Assembly (NCBI GenBank): GCA_024704765.1
Contig: JAKMXF010000320.1
Location: 186,001-250,000, forward strand
Source of the DNA: Oopsacas minuta
Lineage: Eukaryota; Animalia; Porifera
Direction: 5' to 3'
DNA: 64,000 nucleotides
Part shown: positions 23,869 to 36,577 of the stretch, in pieces
Position numbering within the stretch: the stretch's first letter is position 1
Layout: the number at the start of each line of letters is the position of its first letter
Notes under the pieces: generated by a model
What the model was told of the DNA's origin: nothing
The model's database searches: none
The model's input: only the letters and a program-made list of their open reading frames with translations
Translations under genes and position numbers: made by a program

Positions 23869-26732
23869 CTCGATGTGAAACCGGACTTTTTAAAAATTAT
23901 CTAATATCATGAATAAGAAATACCATAAGCAGTGTCGTAGCCAGAGGGGTCAAAGGGAGGGTGCACAATAGCGAGCAGCCTAAGGGACTTTGCCCAAAAA
24001 ATTGACTTATTGACCGATCCTCCAGTATCTTTTATTCTTAGAATATGCGTACATCTACTTATACAGCACAACTAATCTTCAGACTTCTAAGATGGTTGGT
24101 TGTACTTAGGGAAAGACGGGAATCCCTGTTTTCCAAGATTTGGGTATTTTTTCCGGAATAGAATCTGAAATTACACTTTTATAGCATATTTATGCTTAAA
24201 AGTATTTATTTTACCCGTCGCCGTTACTTTTTAGTCATTTCATTCACTGTTAGCAGTAGCGTATCTAGAAATGTTCAAAATGGTGCCGAAGACTAAAGCG
24301 ACCGTAGGGAGCGGTTTATAGGGTGTCTGGGTCGGGGGTTGTACCGGGTATACCCAGAAACCTTTGACTTAGATACAGACGTGTGGCTACGATAGGGCAC
24401 AGATGGCACATGCACGGTGCACTCCAATTCAATTACGTACGCAGATATTTACTATTGCATTATATTAACAACAAATTTGTACATGCAAAGACCAGTACAG
24501 CTAGTGATTGACCTGTTTAAGATTTTCTGCCCCGTAGGGATCGAGTGTTAAATTCTCCGGGATTTTATAAGTACAGTCGAAATCGGGTATTTTGCCGTAT
24601 TTTGCCCTCTCCGGTGGGTTATTTTGCTTCCTTGTGTCAAGTGACAAAAAATCCCTATTTCGAGTGCTATTATCATCGAAATGATTAAAAAATATAAAAT
24701 TACAACTTGTGCCGACAGCTTAATCTATTGATTAAATTTGTTTAAAGTTGCACTGGTAATTGGAAGCACTATAGTTTATTTGGTTAAATTTCATTTTATA
24801 GTGCCTTTGCAAAATATACAAATATTTTGTGATTGTGTCCAAACACTATGTTTAGTCTAATATTTCGAAATTTCAGAATGTCAAAATTTGCTTTGTCATC
24901 ATCACGTTCACCATAGTGACGTCATCGTAATGGTGGGCAATGGGTCCGTCCTGACATCTACTACACATTATCAATTGTAAGTATTACTCCCGCTGTTACC
25001 GTTATTGAGTTATTCGCATTTCAAATTTTACGTGATTTATGAAGTCACGTAAATTGTGCCAATTGTGTCGATAATTATCTTTTCATAGTCTAGCTAATGT
25101 ATTCTAAATATGTTGAGTTCTATCTTTGCTTCTTTGTCCCTACTAGCACTATATTAACCAAAACCTATTACAATTCCTATGGGAAAAATGTGTCAGATAA
25201 AAAATCGTGGCCCTCAGTGCACACTGCAGTGTAACTGTCCAAGTATCCTGTATGTATCAGTCCTTAATCTATTATGGTCTGGGCAGTGCACCGTCTACGG
25301 TTAAAGAAAAAATACAGGCAACCATCTCAATGCTGGCCTCAATAGTATAGTATAGTCGGCAGAGTAATAACGTTAATCGTTAAGAAGCAAATTGTATAAA
25401 TGGCTAATTTTTCGAAATCTCAAAATATGAAAATTTCTTATGCCAGCATTACTACAGGGGCGGATCCAGGATTTTCTTGAGGGGGGGGGGCGGAGCGTGC
25501 GAATCTCGCGAAGGTAATGGGGGTTTGGGGGTTACCTCCCAGAAAAATTTTGGAACTTAGAGGCTCAAATATCGGCGAACAGCTATTCTTGTCACATATG
25601 GAGTAAAAATTAACTAGATTTACCTCATTATAGATTCATTCTTAGACAGATATAATAAAATCTCAAGTCACCGCCTGTGTCGACGTATTTTCCCTTAGGA
25701 AACCGGATTCAGCGTCATTTGGTACCCCGCATGTTTGTTTAGAGAAATTCTCTACCAATATTTAGAAGTTAGAATCTGTCCACTATATATTCATAAATCA
25801 ACAAAATATAGTGTACCTCGTTAATAAGTACACACGCGGACCTTCGAAAATTGTACTTCTTATCGGGAGTTGGAGTACATATTAACCGGAGGAATGTCAA
25901 TTGAAAAACAATCGTAGGGACCTGATTTAGTATGAATAGTTGTTCGTATTATCCGAATTTCGTATTAATCGTGTTCATATAAACGAAGTTCTACAGTATT
26001 TATATATGAGGAACTTGAAAATGTGAAATACGGCGTACTCAAAGTCTGCCATTCAAAGATATTGAAAACAAAAGTGCTGACACATACGTGGAGGGTTTGC
26101 TTGATCCTCAAACATAAAATTATCTTAATACAGTCAACATCCGGTAACTCAAACCTTCGGAGGAAATCAAAATCTGTTCGAGTTAACGAATGGCCTCCAT
26201 TAATGTAACAAAAACATTGTCAATGAAGTCATGTAGCTATATAACATATAACCGATAATTGCAGGCAAAGGAATCGGTGTTGGGGTTCTGGGGACTAGCA
26301 ATTTCTGTACTATTGGGGTTGCTGGCTACGCCAAGTCGAGTCTAAGCATCTATCATTTCGTCAAGGTTGTATAAATAGTAATTTCTAATAATATGCATAG
26401 TGGTCTTTGTAAAATCTATCAGTGAGATTTCCTTAGGAACAGTTAAATTTCTCAAGTTTTTGAAATGAAATGGATGACTATCAGATATTCTACCCCCCAA
26501 TATGATAGCGTATTAGTGTGTATTTCGTTATGAATCACTGTTATAACTTCAAATTCGCCAGAGAAATTTAAGTGAGAAGGTAAAAATCAAAGTGAGATTG
26601 TGTTCAAATCTGTGAGTCTGACTTCTATGAATATGATAACTTGAACAACCCGTGAACTAATATCAACCAATAATCGTAAAATAATATATTAGCATTATGG
26701 ACTGTTCATAATATCTAATCGATAAATCTCAA

Positions 26733-26810
26733 CTACTTCGCTCTCTTTCGGTTTCGTCTCCGTTTAGCTTTCAGTCTTCGCATTCGTTTCTTTCTCCATT
26801 TCTCCCTCAT
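26733..26810 (-). CDS. RPL41: Ribosomal protein L41, copy B, identical 25-aa product
   Basis: Same peptide as copy A; 7 nucleotide differences in 6 codons, all synonymous. Confidence 0.93.
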   Translation of the reverse strand: MREKWRKKRMRRLKAKRRRNRKRAK

Positions 26811-27195
26811 GTTGACCTCAGATAAACGAAATGGGACTGCTAATCATAAAATGAAATTAATTAATGAAATACAATCAAATGGCTATTAGGAGTGCCACTG
26901 AAAGCACTAATGACACCGGGGTTACTATGCTGGTGTGAACTGAAATTGGAATTGATTAGATTCAGTTTAGTTATAATCAAATGTTAATACATATACATTA
27001 GAGGGGAAAAAAGGTTTAGAAAGTTAATGAAATGGAGGATGAGAGTATAAGTTAGTTACACAAAACTAATTTCTTATCAAGTGTATGTACACTAGTGTAT
27101 ACGCACTAGAAGTAATATCTAATTGATGGGTGAATTACAAATTAGTATTCATATTGATGCGAAAAAACTCAAATAATGGACAATTTTAATTGTTA

Positions 27196-27370
27196 CTAGG
27201 GAGCTTCGCTTGCTAGGTCGCTGCGATAGCTTAGAGCCCCAGGTTTACTTAAGTATTAAACAGCAAAATTTTAGTGTGATCCATGTCCATCCAAATTACA
27301 TTCAATGGCCTTCTGTGGTGACACTGGAGATGCTATGTCACTTTCGGTTAGTAATCTCGGTATTTCGTGC
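27196..27370 (-). mobile_element. 3' part of a CTAG-end Helitron interrupted by the Ginger insertion
   Basis: Minus-strand terminus ...GCAGCGACCTAGCAAGCGAAGCTCCCTAG|T. Related ends at about 47375, 49779, 56670 and 61300. Confidence 0.65.
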
Positions 27371-30300
27371 TGTTTTGACAAAAATAGTCCCCCTACATAA
27401 ATTGTCCTTGGGGACAGATTTTGTAAAAATATCCATGTTACTCGTCAAAATTGTCTCCTCTACAAATATTGTCCCTTACCGTATATTGTAGTGTCATGAT
27501 CGATTAAATGAAACCTTAGAAAATAATACTAGTGTAATTAATTCTTGAGGTAATATTTTACATGTTTGTAACAGTATATATGGCATTGTTTACTAAAGAT
27601 ATTACTGTTAATTACTGAAATTATTTGCATTTATTTTTATGGAACTCCTTGAATACGAATCGATTTCAAATTTCATTACAACTGATTGTTATCCATCAGG
27701 CTATACGAAAAATCAGAAGAGAGTTTTTCGAAGAAGAGCTTCTAACTACCGACTATATAACGGAAAACTGGATAAACCCTCTGGGAATGAGAATTTAATT
27801 CTAATCAAAGAAACTGAATTGTATGATATTCTGAAGGAAATACATGATAACTCAGGGTACCAATGCGACCGCTATACGAATAATATTGGAAAAGATCGAT
27901 ATTATTGGCCATGTTGAAAGATATTACGTTATAAGTTCAAAATTGTGTGCGTTGTGCAAAGAATCAACCATGCCTAAAAAAACCTACAACTCCTCTACAA
28001 CCTCTTCCTGTGATCACAAAAATTTCGTTCCGAGTGGGCATGGATCTAATAGGCCCACTGATAGATTCAAATGGTTTTAAATACATCTTATCGATAATTG
28101 ACCATTTTACTAGATGGCTTGAAACGCGTCCTCTTCGTTGTAAAGAGGCTCAAGAAGTTGTTGGTGGTTTATATTCTATTTACTGCAGGCAGGGGGCACC
28201 AGTTCAGATAATCAGCGACAATGGTATCGAATTCACTAACCAGTTATATAAAACATTGCATCAAGTGTACAATTGTAAATTAATCTTTTCGACACCTTAC
28301 CACCCTCAGACCAACGGGCCAGTTGAATTATCGCACAAAGCATTGAAACGCTCGCTCGTTAAAGCTTTGGACGAAAAAAAGGAAAATTGGTACAATTATT
28401 TAGAAGAAAATACACTCTCGCTCAACATAAGACCTCGCCATACCACTCACTTTTCGGCATTCGAACTAATGCATGGTTCGAGAAAACCTCGCCTTCCCAT
28501 CGAGGCTGAAAACCTTGCACTATTATATCCTGACGTTGTGTCTTCAACTCTTGATGAGTGGGCTGCAGAGGATGATATCATAGAACAAGTCGATTCAATA
28601 CACAAATTTCAACTACACAATCAAGAAATTGCAAGAGATCATCTCACACACTCCAAATCATTAATGAAAGCACAGCATGACAAAAAAATACACCCGGTCA
28701 CTTTCGAGAAAATCGAAAAGGGAGGTGAAGTATTGATTGAAAATACCTGTCTCAAGAAGAAAGGTGGAAAATTGGAAGATAAGTGGAATGGTCCATACCT
28801 CATTGATAAAGTTAACCCAACCAATGTTCGAATAGTGAAAAACAAAAGAACACAGCGTGTGAAGCGATCCAATGTAAAACTTTGGAAGAAAGCAGTAACC
28901 AATGCTAACAAATGTATAATAGATTCGAATTCAGAAAGAGAACTTAGTCCGAAATCAGATGAAGAGGCACAATTACATTCCAGATATTCCCTTTCTTATC
29001 TCGGTCGGGCAAATGTAAACTCTGGACACCATATCCGATCAATTCTTAATCAAACAGTATCTTATTCGCAAACATCACAAGATGCAAGTACTAGTGAAGA
29101 TATGTGCGTTACTTGGAATGGTCATTTCAATGGAGTTAAATTGGTCAACACTTGCTCAGTCGACAATTTCTTAACACTCTTAAGCCTGTGCCAAGATAAT
29201 ATACTGAAAGCATTTCATCTAGCAGGAGAAGCTCCAAGCGATATTCTTAATTCTAACTTCACAATGATTGATGAACGAAATTTCGACGAACTTAGAATGT
29301 GGGTAGCTTCTCAGCTAAGAATACCACTAATCAATAATGAATACAACATGTTTGCTTCTGAAGGGAGCATTGTCAAACTTTTTCAAAACCTTGCAATTTG
29401 CCAGAATGCTTAAAGAATTGTATTTCAATGTTGGAGCTGTTGCTGTCAATCAGAGAAAAAGCTGAATTTGATTTCACTCCAGACATTTAAACATAGCTGT
29501 CAAACTTCTATTGATCACCACATTAGTTTGAGTTACAAGTGCTTGAAGTGCAGAGACTTGCATGCAAACTTAGAGTTTCTGTCAAGGGAATTTTTGAAAG
29601 TAACTCCACTCCTCATTTTTGAGGTAGGACATATAAATACCGAAATTATTCAAGACAGTTGTATTGAAGAGGAAATTAAAATTCATCACAAAGAAGCAAA
29701 GCTACATTACACCCTCCTCGGTTACACGATTCATTCTGGAGTCCATTTTACAATGAAGGTAAAATACAGTGGCTCATGGTACAGATATGACGGAATGGAG
29801 AGACCAAAGTTAAGGAGGTGCAATAATTTTGAGAGTTCACAGGGCCGAAAAAATTGCATAATTTATGTCTTAACAAGAATTGTAGATTAGTAGTTATTTA
29901 GGATAGTTTGTAGTTTGCAACCAATAGTTATCCCACAATCTTAGTATTTAGATCATATAAGTAACAATATTACTTGTTTTTGTATCCAACACTTTCGAGA
30001 CAATTGGCATCAGACGTCCATATACTCCTATTTTTATTGAATTGTGTAGAAAAATCATACTTTTGCTAGCAGCTACAAATATCATAAAATATATGGTGAC
30101 GTATCAAGTGTGTAAATTTACAATACAGTTCTCTAAAAGTACGTAAATCGTCATTATAGACTGCAACATCATTGATAAATAATATACTCATACTATCTGT
30201 AGAGGAAATAGATTATTTGTTAAACTGATTTCATAGCAAAAACGATGGACAAAAAACCTAACTTGAAATGTACTTGTATTGCATATTAATAAATCTCAAT

Positions 30301-30568
30301 CGTTGTTTGTCAGTTTACCTGTTGTTAATGTAATTTGAAATGGAATGCTGAATCCATATATACTGTTACAAACATGTAAAATATTACCTCAAGAATTAAT
30401 TACACTAATATTATTTTCTAAGGTTTCATTTAATCGATCATGACAATACAATATACGGTAAGGGGGACAATATTTGTAGAGGAGACAATTTTTGACGAGT
30501 ACCATAGATATTTTACAAAATCTGTCCCCCCGGACAATTTATGTAGGGGGACTATTTTTGGCAAAACA
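27371..30568 (+). mobile_element. Ginger1-like DNA transposon, 3.2 kb: integrase fused to a USP/C19-like cysteine protease, mildly decayed
   Basis: TIRs of about 213 bp starting TGT (27371-27583 and 30354-30568). Zinc region plus GMDLIG/ISDNG/VEL DDE core and KWNGPY motif, followed in the same frame by NTC (29153), HSGVHF (29744) and YDG (29789). Frameshift and stop near 27900-27935; in-frame TAA at 29411. Confidence 0.88.
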
Positions 30569-30989
30569 GTTTGTTCCATGGAGATACATCACCCTCACTC
30601 AGATTGGAAGTGACCTCTGAGATGTCACTCTCATCTTCATCACAAACACCTATTTGTGTTGCCTTAAAGTCATCAGGTTTGTCAACGAGTGAGTGGGTAT
30701 AGTCTAATGCTTCAGACACCTGATAAGCTCGAGAGACACTTCGCTCATCAACCTTCTCACTTGATCCGGACAGGTTACTGTTCAGGTAGTAGTGTCTGAG
30801 GGGAACATTCTGGCTGGGAGAGTACACGCTCTCTTGTCTCCTCGCCACCTGCAATCTCTCTGACACTTGTGTACAAGGTATGAAAGAAAAAGGGGCGGGG
30901 GGAGGTTGTGGAATAGCAGAGAAGGCTTCAGCATCGATCAGATCACAATTTTCATCATCATTACTCACACGCTTCAGACAACTCAGACC
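30569..30989 (-). other. Orphan acidic/Ser-rich coding-like segment between the Ginger TIR and the assembly N
   Basis: Open frame from the N at 30990 until it runs into the TIR (…SPWNKL|FCQK*). More GC-rich than the flanks. Not recognisable. Confidence 0.4.
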
Positions 30990-30990
30990 N

Positions 30991-31280
30991 CAAAGCTACA
31001 TTACACCCTCCTCGGTTACACGATTCATTCTGGAGTCCATTTTACAATGAAGGTAAAATACAATGGCTCATGGTACAGATATGACGGAATGGAGAGACCA
31101 AAGTTAAGGAGGTGCAATAATTTTGAGAGTTTACAGGGCCGAAAAAATTGCATAATTTATGTCATAACAAGAATTGTAGATGATAGTTACGTAGGATAGT
31201 TGTAGTTTGCAACCAATAGTTATCCCACAATCTTAGTATTTAGATCATATAAGTAACAATATTACTTGTTTTTATCCAAC
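30991..31280 (+). repeat. Near-identical second copy of the protease His-box end and 3' UTR of the Ginger element
   Basis: Matches about 29697-29990 with a few substitutions (SG to NG, ESS to ESL); begins immediately after the N. Confidence 0.85.
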
Positions 31281-32230
31281 ACTTTCGAGACAATTGGGCA
31301 GCAGATGACCATATGTTTGCACATAGGTATACGATTTTGATCTGACACAATTTGCCACTTTATAATTTTTCCCATAGGAATTGTAGTAGGTTTTGGGATA
31401 ATAGAATACTAGGAGCAAATTCGTAGGAAGGTATAAACACCATACAATGGTATTGATATAATTCAAGTAACTTAGTACACAATCGCCAGACTATGGGAAA
31501 ATAATTATCGACATAATAGACACAATTTGCGTGACGTCATAAACCAAATAAAATTTGAAACGCGAATAACTTAATAATGATAACAACCAAAGTAATACTA
31601 CCAATTGATGAACTGTAGTATAAATTAGGATGGACATATTGGTCACCATAACTACCACGTTAGTGGAGGCGGTGATGACAAAGCAACATTTTCAAAAAGT
31701 GAGATTTCGAAAAATTAGATGAGACATTAGTGTTGCAGACAGTCAACATGACGTCAAGTAATACTAGAATGCTCATAACTCCGTTTTTATGAGAGGTAGA
31801 AGTACTGCTTATGATATTTTAACTCGAATGTATTACTGGACCACGGACGCACCCTTGCTATATTATTTTAAATTAAATGTATTGTTGTGCCATGGGGATA
31901 TCCTTGCTATGATATTTTAACTCAAAATAGGAAAATTGAAGCCTTATAATATTTATTTCATGTAGTCACAAAATATGACTTCTCTTGGTGCTATTGAATT
32001 GAAAATGAACTAGAAATATCAGTCAGGAGTTAGCGTTCAATTGCAATAGTTAGATTTATTAAATTGACTACAGTTGTCATAGCAATACGTAACTATGTAA
32101 AGATAAATCATGTTCATCGTCACTATTTCTAGTGAATCTCACTCACACCATATAAATCGTCTAAAACTATACAACCAATCAAATTATTCTCTAATAAATA
32201 AGAAGGTGAATTGCTGTGATCACCTTTGTA

Positions 32231-32279
32231 GAAGGGCGTAGATCCTGGGGGGGGGGGCAAGAGTATCATTTCACCCCTG
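32231..32279. mobile_element. 49-bp insertion with 8-bp TSD (minimal hAT derivative)
   Basis: CCTTTGTA duplicated at 32223-32230 and 32280-32287; degenerate GAAGGGCG/CACCCCTG ends. Confidence 0.6.
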
Positions 32280-32311
32280 CCTTTGTAACTGGCGCAAATG
32301 GTAGTGAAAAG

Positions 32312-34895
32312 TTACGATATATATTGAATTAGAATTATCGTTGGGCGGTGATCTTGATATCTTAACCAGATAATTTTTCGAGTTATTTCACCTTTAATTA
32401 TTCTTTCTTCTGCAACATATATTTCCGTCTTTAAGAGAAGAGATATGGCCACTATTTCAATATCGGTTGTCCATACGGCATCCATGTACTTCATTGATTC
32501 TTTTAAATGGTTTAGGCAGTGAAGTTTGGTTTATATTTTGTTTGAAAATACCATTGAATACTTTGCTTTCCTTCAGTAGCCATATATAGACAAAGCTCCT
32601 GGCGTAATCTCCCATGAAATCTCTCGAACCAGTTATGAGTTTAGAAAAACACCTAAGAAAGCAATTGCCATCACCTTTTATACTTTCACGTAGCCAAGGT
32701 ATGTAATTCCTGAGGGGTTTTCCAATTATGGATGATTGCTGATCAAAGGTTTCTACAAAGTTAACCTGCAATAATTGAAATATTCTTTTTGCAAATGGAT
32801 TGTAATTGGTGTGTCGGTAGGATTATCACCAGGTAGACTTTACTAAATTGAGGGTCAGGTACGTTATCGTCTATTCCACATAAAATTCTCTACTAAGTTA
32901 ATTACCTAAAGACAGATACAACAGTAAATAAATATAAAAACCTAAGTTGAATAATATATAAAACAAGAAAAATTCACAATTATTTGCCATTTTTCAATGC
33001 AATAATAATTGCTACTTAGATCTAAACTTGTATAGAAATTATTCAAAAGTCACACAATAATGTATGTCATACTTACCAATAGAACTATAATTCTATGTGT
33101 GTATTCGAAAGATTTTCTGAAAGTCTCTGATGATGAGGAATACACTTCAATTGACAAAAGGGGAGCATATCTAGTAACTTGAGTTTCTAAAATCAAGAGA
33201 AAATGTGTTGCATACAGCCGTCTTTGCTTAATCGAAACACTTTATAAGCTTGCCGGAATAAACGGTCCCTAATAAGAGAAGCTATTGTTGTTTTTATAGT
33301 ATTAATAGAAAAAAACAATAAAATTGCATATAAGAAACTTGAAAATAGGAAATTGGGATTCAGCATACTTTGTTACCAAATTTTATTCGTTATGAGTAAG
33401 TCTCTATGTATATTTTGAGATTTTCACTATGTTTTTTACCTTATATTCATAAAACAACAAATAATATTCACATTTGATTAATTCAAATGTGTGAAAATCA
33501 GATTCAGCATATTTGATATATTTAGTCAAGTTTATTGAACTCTGTTACTTTCTAGATAAACACGATTAATCATAAGTTCATATGAGACATCTCAGGATTA
33601 AGAAATTCGAATTAAATGTTTTTGCTTGTCGTAGTTTCTCGATATTACTATAAATAATTATACATACGCACAGCATGATAATTATTGTGCATAAATAAAA
33701 TAAACCATTCAAATTTTTCAGTTGACTCCAATTTTAATCTATTTTGACGAACTAAACTAGTGATCTAAGGGATATATTGTCCTTAAGACATTTTTTCGTT
33801 ATTGGAAATTGAGATTATTATGCAGTACCAAATACAAGTAATAATGGAATCATCTTAACATAAGTAGAGTCGTTAAACGTAATATATTAGTTTTCATCAT
33901 AGTAATATTAACTTACATCTTCAAAATTGTGGCTTCAACCAATCCGTTGCTTTGTGGATGGTATGCAGCTGTGCTTCTGTTGTCAATTTTCAGTTGAGTG
34001 TGGACCATTTTAAACACCCAAAATAAAGGTTGTAAACTTGTAATGTCACTAATAGAGGAGTAAAATTGCAAATAATATGCAGACACCTCGCTTGTGAATT
34101 CTTTGCCCTGGTCATGTTGAATTTTTTTCGGAGTACCTAGCAATAAGTATACCTCCATTAACTGATCGAGGATTTGTTTTGTACACTTAGATTTCAATGG
34201 TCTTGCAACGCAATATTTTGACAAATAGCATACAACACCCAATATGTGTTGGTATCCGTCAGAGGTTTTCGGCATATTGCATACTAAGTCCATCCCGATA
34301 TGATGTCAGGGAGTGTCAGAGGAGGAATTAAGTGGAGTTCACGCTGGGGTTGGCGAGGAATGGCGGCTGATATTTGACAGATATGGCATGTTTGAACCTA
34401 GTTTACATATTAAATAATAATAATAATATTCCCCATAAGGAAAAGCGCACATTTCGTAGTAAGTTACACATTCCTTTCTTTATGGATTCATCCCAGGCCA
34501 GAAATATTTGTTCCTAATCCTGAGTGAAGTAGAATTTACTCTAAGATGAGCTGATTTATCATGAAATGATGATAAAATTTCCTTAAATTCAGATCGCATT
34601 GGAACCAATAGATATTTCTCAGAACCATCTTTAGTGTGAAGTTTCTAATTTATCAACAAAACACAAATAATTTAATTTCGTGTTTTCTATGTAAGTGCAT
34701 TAACCATAAAAACATTTCAAATTAATCCTTTACCTTGCAAAGTTTGCCATTTTGGTTAACTTTGTACAGTTTGACCTTTTCTCGGGAATTTTTCTTTGAA
34801 TGAGCTGGTATCTTTGCTCTTAAGATTTCAGAAGGATATTCTTCATCGACAAGATACTATAATATGGATTGGCAGTATATTCGGAAGTACGACAT
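32312..34895 (-). pseudogene. Intron-containing Ginger1-like integrase with downstream OTU protease domain, decayed
   Basis: Pieces separated by GT-AG introns: YLVDEEYPSE, FHDKSAHL...KYFWPGM, TCHICQ, IGMDLVC, IQHDQGKEF, AYHPQSNGLVE. Downstream ESIKGDGNCFLR and WTTDIEIVAISLLLKTEIYV are OTU motifs. Termini not located. Confidence 0.8.
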
Positions 34896-35225
34896 TTGTG
34901 TACAGATTTTCTGGGTAAATACTTAGAAATCAGTCTAAGGTTATAGCTCCCTTTAACTCGGCGAACTGCACACAACAGTAGAATCTTTCATTTGCGATAA
35001 TAATAGAATTTCTCTTCTTGTACACATATACAGTCAACATCCGTTAATCGAACTCTCAGAGTAAATCAAATTCTGTTCGAGATAGCAGATGTTGACTGTA
35101 TATGTGTTAAGAAGAAAAATTCTATTATTATCGCAAATGAAAGATTCTACTGGTGTGCAGTTCGCTGAGTTAAAGGGAGCTACAACCTTAGACTGATTTA
35201 CACTGAAAGTCTGTACACAAATGTC
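34891..35225. repeat. 335-bp imperfect palindrome centred on a 68-bp TA-flanked MITE (35031-35098)
   Basis: Arms of about 130-140 bp are reverse complements with few mismatches and one 10-bp indel; centre CAGTCAACATC...GATGTTGACTG. Confidence 0.9.
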
Positions 35226-36577
35226 CCTGTACATATTTGTCTTTGTACAAAAAATTTCATATATTAATTGGCTTAGGAGTCAAAAACTAAAAATAGCAAT
35301 ACAATACAATTCAAGTAAATAATTAAATATCAGTATTTATATTACCATTTTAACAGTGTGTGACCACATGAAATTTTATAAGGCTTCAAAATTCAATTTT
35401 CCAAATTTTAGTTAAAATATCACAGCAAGGATATCTCCATAACGCAAAAATACATTTCAGTAAAAATATTATACGAAGAGTACCCGGGCCTCTAGGCACA
35501 TATGACACGACGCCACTGTACATGGCAAATATACTATTGAATTATTTTGTAAGATCAACCCCATTTGCAGCCGTTGAGAGCAAGTATCTACGTGAATTGT
35601 GAGATTTTGAGATTTTGAGAATTTGTTTACTTAATATTAATAATAACAACAATAAATTTACATTTGAGAAACTTGAAAATGAGAAATTCCGATTCAGCGT
35701 AGTTAGTTATTCCTGGGTAGCCGTTTAGATCTAATCATCCTCGAGATATCATCCAACTCCATAACAATAGGGCATTCTACTATTAAAGTTAGATGTGCTT
35801 TAATGTAGCAGTATTCAATCAACAAAATACAAAATTGCATGCAGTGTTCATCTAAGGAATCGGGGTATCCTCCTGGAATTTTGACAGCAGCCCCCCCTCA
35901 GATGTACGCCCCCGAAAATTAGAGGGAACACTGATTGTATGTCAGGAAGCATGAATAGAACATAATTTATAATGATATATACATATACCAAAAATACAAG
36001 ATGATAATTATAGATGAATAAGGGTCTAATTAATTAGAATAATTATCTACACTAAAAGTAAGGTAATGCGTGATGTCAATAGCCTCAAAATATATTTTAA
36101 CAATAATCATTGAGCAATAAATAATAGTACTTTATCATTATGACTGTATAAGTAGGTAAAACACCTACTTATACATGTGCACTACTTTCAAACTTAAAAG
36201 TGTTCAAGTTTCGGAAGTAGTACTGCATGTTCAAAAATATTTCGTAAGTTTATATATGACAATTATTATATGGAAGTACTCGGGGTAATGATTTTGCAAA
36301 GGTAGTACATGGTCTACAAAAGGTTGGAACCCCTTGCAATAATGATTTGCTGAGATGAATTTAAAAAATAGGCATTACTACTTGTAATAAAACGATTCAG
36401 CAGAATCAATGTAATTAGTGAGCAACCCTGGAACAGTATTGTTTAATTTGAATTTTCCATCGATGTAATTACGCATCAAGGAACATTTAAATAATTCCTA
36501 AATAATGTGATTTCAGAGGCATTAACTAGAGCAAGGTTGAACCTGCATAAACCGACACCTGTATAATCCTGAAGACC

